Below are positions 7,348 through 7,543 of a DNA stretch of 7,543 bases, in pieces (positions within the stretch are counted from its first letter, which is position 1; each line of letters opens with the position of its first letter). Position numbers and translations under genes: made by a program. The stretch is from Amoeboradix gromovi X-113 (Eukaryota; Fungi; Sanchytriomycota). The stretch is from assembly GCA_018985225.1 (NCBI GenBank), contig JADGIF010000501.1, positions 1 through 7,543 of the forward strand, in the 5' to 3' direction. Below the pieces are notes generated by a model. That model was not told where the DNA came from. It did no database searches and saw nothing but the letters and a program-made list of their open reading frames with translations.

Positions 7348-7543
7348 GTCGTTTTTAAAGGAGGTGCTCCATACGGAGGAAATCATTAATAAAAGATCTT
7401 CTATTATACCAATATTCTTTCATTGATTGTATTCCTCTTTTCAAAATAAAACTAGAAGACCCTGCATCTCGTTCAGATATATGAGGTCTTTGAGCATCTA
7501 AGCAAAAGGTGCATTTTCTTAGTCAGCACTCTTTTCTAGAGTC

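Noticed and set aside
1-7543. Bacterial origin (aspC + lon) or a ciliate-type TAR=Gln code
   Set aside because: The spliceosomal intron and eukaryote-type Lon and Aat2 signatures argue against bacteria. Both long CDSs lack internal TAA/TAG, use CAA/CAG for Gln and end at TAG/TAA, which fits the standard code.

Overview
AT-rich eukaryotic DNA, probably fungal or fungus-related, using the standard genetic code and carrying two + strand housekeeping genes. (1) A cytosolic-type aspartate aminotransferase. The ORF track splits it in two (359..907 and 939..1652), but it is one gene interrupted by a 22-nt GT-AG intron at 904..925. Splicing restores the conserved HNP-TGxD-xTxxQW motif and gives 423 aa. 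(2) An apparently intronless mitochondrial-type Lon protease (3550..5901, 783 aa) with intact AAA+ and Ser-Lys protease motifs but a short, strongly diverged N-terminal region. Both start codons have the 7-mer GGGGTAA/TTACCCC 10-17 nt upstream. The two-gene block is bracketed by an inverted repeat (150..176 vs 7321..7347, 25/27 identical) about 7.2 kb apart. The spacers 1653..3549 and 5902..7543 contain no gene I can recognise. I found no tRNA, rRNA, CRISPR array or transposase by eye.
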